From Deltaproteobacteria bacterium (lineage in GTDB: Bacteria; Myxococcota_A; UBA9160; SMWR01): a stretch of DNA of 11,347 nucleotides. Where the stretch lies: positions 1 through 11,347 of the forward strand of contig JAQBGU010000123.1 of NCBI GenBank assembly GCA_032128375.1, in the 5' to 3' direction. Below the pieces are notes generated by a model. The model made no database searches, was not told the origin of the DNA, and saw only the letters and a list, made by a program, of their open reading frames with translations. Below are positions 9,036-11,347 of this stretch, piece by piece. Position 1 is the stretch's first letter. The number at the start of each line of letters is the position of its first letter. The position numbers and the translations under genes were made by a program.

Positions 9036-9063
9036 TGGCACGCCGGGAGGGATTCGAACCCCC
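9036..9063 (-). other. Isolated tRNA 3' fragment (probably tRNA-Arg) = att core of an integrated element
   Basis: Minus strand GGGGG-TTCGAAT-CCCTC-CCGGCGT-G-CCA = T-stem/loop, 3' acceptor strand, discriminator G, CCA. No D-arm or anticodon arm upstream. Arg identity is inferred from the acceptor strand only. Confidence 0.85.
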
Positions 9064-9218
9064 ATTCCCTTCGCGGCGCTCATACGATCTGCTCCCGGAT
9101 CGGTCACAGATCGCCCTCAGGTTCGAAGGCCGATTCAAGATTCGAAAAGGGCCCAAGAATCAATGAGATGCGCGGACTGTCTCAAAATGACCGGTTCTTT
9201 CCGGGCATTTCGTGCCAA

Positions 9219-9239
9219 AGTGACCCCAGAGTGACCCCA
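9219..9239. repeat. Tandem 10-bp direct repeats, putative integrase arm-type binding sites
   Basis: AGTGACCCCA-G-AGTGACCCCA with an 11-bp period (about one helical turn), ~155 bp inside the att core. Confidence 0.65.
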
Positions 9240-9292
9240 CCCAATTTCGTGAGAAACGTCGGCTGGGCCGAGGTGTATCCCACGGTACGCGT

Positions 9293-9544
9293 TTGTTCTG
9301 GGAGTTCGTCTTGCCCTGGTCTTGCCGGGCAGGTGAAGGTCGGCGGGCACCTGCGATCGGTTCTATCATCCCCTCTGCCTGCCCCCCGCACAACCACTGC
9401 AACGCGTTAGGCGACGCGACGTACCTGAGCGTCACGATCACGCAGACGAGCATGAATCCGGAAGTCCCGGTGTTTGGTGGCATGGGATTGATGGGGCTCG
9501 TTGGTCTCCTGGCGCTCGTGGGCTATCGGACGCTGCGCGCCTAG
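9293..9544 (+). pseudogene. 5'-truncated remnant of a surface protein with an IPTL-CTERM-like sorting tail
   Basis: Ends ...TYLSVTITQTSMNPEVPVFGGMGLMGLVGLLALVGYRTLRA* (VP motif, TM helix, basic tail). No signal peptide or credible start; 5' boundary uncertain. Confidence 0.55.
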
Positions 9545-9567
9545 ACGGTACAACCCCCGCTGCGTGC

Positions 9568-9621
9568 GCCAGGCTTTCCACGCGGTCCCGCATTGGGTCC
9601 GCGTGGACACGAACTCCTGGC
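9568..9621. terminator. Hairpin between the two convergent sorting-tail ORFs
   Basis: TCCACGCGG (9577-85) / CCGCGTGGA (9599-9607) perfect 9-bp stem, with inner CCC/GGG and outer GCCAGG/CCTGGC. No U-tract. Confidence 0.45.
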
Positions 9622-9653
9622 CACCTACGAGAACTCGCCTCGCGCGGCGGACT

Positions 9654-10346
9654 TCAGTCGCCGATCCGCGAGACCCAAACGGCGCTCACACACAACGCCA
9701 ACGCCAACGCGCCCAGGCTGATCGGCGCGAGCGACGGGACAGGCGGGGTCTCTGGTTCGACGATGATGTTGTCGAGCCCCAAGCCCAAATAGGGTGCCGC
9801 CGAAACGATGACGACAGCGTCGAGATCGCGCCAGGTGTCGGGGAAAACCAAAGTCTCGAAGTCGGGCTGTCCGCCGGGACCGTCTGCAATGCCGTCCGTA
9901 TCGAAGAAGAGCAGTTCGCCTGCGCCTTCGCCGCCTGCTGCAGGGACGGGCTGAATGAGTAGGAGTATCGAGCCGACACCTGGAGCCGGTTCTGCCACGT
10001 CGATCGAGAACAGATCGATCGGTTCGTCACCGCTAATGGTGAGCGCACCGCCGAAGCCCTGCCCATGGCTGAGATGGTACGTCGTACCGTTGTCTGGGCA
10101 GTTCGGCGCGCACGCCCCGCCATCGACAATCTCGGACTCGCCATTGGCCTGAACGTAGAGTGGCCCCTCGAAGACCAACTGTGTAGTGGGCAGCAGTGGT
10201 CCCAGCGGTTCGCCCTCGTAGTCGACATTGGCCGCATGGGCCGCTGTCGCAAGAGCGGCTCCGACAACCGATAGGGTCATGACGCCCATTCTAAGTGCAA
10301 CAAGCGGCCTGCAGGATTTCGGCGAATGAAGTGCGTTCCCAGACAA
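9654..10346 (-). CDS. Secreted/surface protein with signal peptide and IPTL-CTERM-like C-terminal sorting domain, 230 aa
   Basis: AGGAGG SD 9 nt before TTG; signal peptide ...MTLSVVGAALATAAHA|ANVDYEG; acidic, beta-rich mature region ending GLGLDNIIVEP; tail PPVPSLAPISLGALALALCVSAVWVSRIGD. Confidence 0.75.
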   Translation of the reverse strand: MSGNALHSPKSCRPLVALRMGVMTLSVVGAALATAAHAANVDYEGEPLGPLLPTTQLVFEGPLYVQANGESEIVDGGACAPNCPDNGTTYHLSHGQGFGGALTISGDEPIDLFSIDVAEPAPGVGSILLLIQPVPAAGGEGAGELLFFDTDGIADGPGGQPDFETLVFPDTWRDLDAVVIVSAAPYLGLGLDNIIVEPETPPVPSLAPISLGALALALCVSAVWVSRIGD

Positions 10347-10568
10347 ATCAACGAACCTCCTGTCGCACTCGCACAGTGCGAAATGGACCAGCCGGACCCA
10401 GCAATTAGCGTCGATTTGTAGTTGAAAGTCAACGAGAAAGTGTCACACCGAAGAAGGGGCCGATTGAAACGCCTCACCGGCGTGGGAAAACCCCACCAAC
10501 ACGTTCCGGGCCGGAGCTGATGTGGGCATACCCGGAAGCGCTGATTCTTCTGTCCGTGCGCGACACCG

Positions 10569-10924
10569 ATGAATGAAGTGCACGGCGACGGCCCCGACGA
10601 CCCGTGGATTCACCCAGTCATTCAAGCGGGAATCGCGCAGCATCGGCTCGTCTGAACGTTCGTCGATGGCAACGGACGGACTGCGCGGATGCTGACGACA
10701 TTGTTTCTCGATCAGCGATCAGCGCAGCTTCGACTTCAAGTATCTGTTCGAGCTGTCTACTTACTACAGCGACCATCGCGATGACTACTTCAGCGCGCTT
10801 CGCGAGGCATGCCACTGGGGACTACACCGGGTGGTTGACGTACTTCTTGGGAGGGTTCTCGTATCAAATGGTTCGAATCCAGGAAATCACGCGGGAGGGG
10901 TTGGGACAACCCTATCTGTGCTGA
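10569..10924 (+). pseudogene. Fic-domain (AMPylase family) pseudogene
   Basis: Spread over three frames: IHPVIQAGIAQHRLV*TFVDGNGRTARMLTTLFLDQR / SFDFKYLFELSTYYSDHRDDYFSALREA / TGDYTGWLTYFLGGFSYQMVRI. FxDGNGRxxR is the Fic motif; the HP of HPFxDGNGR is lost and TGA sits at 10653-55. Confidence 0.88.
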
Positions 10925-10948
10925 GAGGAATCGTGATCGTGACCACAA

Positions 10949-10968
10949 CTTCCCTCAAGCAAGGGAAG
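10949..10968. terminator. Short hairpin between converging pseudogenes
   Basis: CTTCCCT-CAAGCA-AGGGAAG, 7-bp perfect stem. Confidence 0.35.
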
Positions 10969-11103
10969 AAGCCAGGACCACATCAGGCCACGTCCGATTC
11001 GCTGAGCGAACACAACACTGGAGATTCGCATTCTGAGCCCTCCCTTCCATCAAGTCGGGTCGAACAACCGCAGGCGAAGCGAGGATACAAGTACGGGGCG
11101 GTG

Positions 11104-11346
11104 TTACCCCCGGCCCGAAACCACAGCGCCAATGTCGCGTTCGAGGTTGTGAATCCATCGGTCATAGTCGAGATGAATTTCGCCTGACGCTTGTTCGAAT
11201 TCGAACGGATGTGCCCCGAATCCCGTGGAAATTGGTGACGCCTACCGAGCCGCTGGTTGAAGAAAGCAGAACATAGCGCAGGAATCCAAGCGGTCATTCA
11301 ACGTGATGTGGTGTCGACGGTCGTTCATGCTGCGGACTCCTGGGCG
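11104..11346 (-). pseudogene. Probable degraded C-terminus of a conserved proteobacterial putative-lipoprotein family gene; enters from the right edge
   Basis: RPGVRSMNDRRHHITLNDRLDS...AAR*ASP...FEQASGEIHLDYDRWIHNLERDIGAVVSGRG*. IHxxYxRWIxNLxxDI resembles the recalled C-terminal motif (IHxNYNxWIxNL) of that family. In-frame TAG at 11242-44. Confidence 0.45.
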
Positions 11347-11347
11347 G

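Larger units (their letters stand above)
9036..11347. mobile_element. Terminal segment of a tRNA-targeted genomic island (tyrosine-integrase type), continuing past the right edge
   Basis: tRNA 3' fragment; IHF-like AATCAATGAGATG (9158-70; consensus WATCAANNNNTTR, 1 mismatch); tandem AGTGACCCCA repeats (9219-28, 9230-39) resembling arm-type sites; switch from intact conserved genes to fragments and pseudogenes. No integrase in the window. Confidence 0.7.

Noticed and set aside
9036..9112. Intact tRNA gene
   Set aside because: Only the T-arm, 3' acceptor strand and CCA are present; no D-arm or anticodon stem-loop can be built.
8842..9234. 130-aa ORF with duplicated MVPAGPQKHLS
   Set aside because: It is just the translation of the 72-bp repeat and att site; the YGTPGGIRTP segment is a typical antisense-tRNA artefact.
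10604..11297. ORF-track entries 10604..10924, 10618..10815, 10831..11187, 10955..11158 and 10983..11297 as real genes
   Set aside because: No motifs of their own, apart from the Fic-derived tail of 10604..10924; the region is better explained by the Fic and lipoprotein-family pseudogene frames.

Overview
High-GC bacterial window; the host is uncertain, though the ApaG N-terminus and gene mix weakly suggest a Myxococcota/deltaproteobacterial lineage. It has two parts. (1) Positions 1-8809 are chromosomal: a minus-strand operon CYP130-like P450 > Rv1255c-like TetR > acyl-CoA-dehydrogenase-fold flavin monooxygenase (runs off the left edge), two divergent alpha/beta hydrolases, chaC and apaG (divergent), an AEC-family transporter, and ahcY, which has a TTGACA promoter, an ATCCG-N6-CGGAT operator candidate upstream and a ~72-bp tandem repeat downstream. 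(2) From ~9036 rightwards is the end of a probable tRNA-targeted integrative element: an isolated tRNA 3' end (T-arm + acceptor strand + CCA, minus strand) inside an unusually long dyad, then an IHF-like site and tandem arm-type repeats. The cargo is largely decayed: two convergent ORFs with IPTL-CTERM-like sorting tails (one a 5'-truncated remnant), a Fic gene broken by several lesions, and a probable lipoprotein-family pseudogene at the right edge. No integrase, CRISPR or intact RNA gene is present. All family assignments come from recalled motifs, not database searches.
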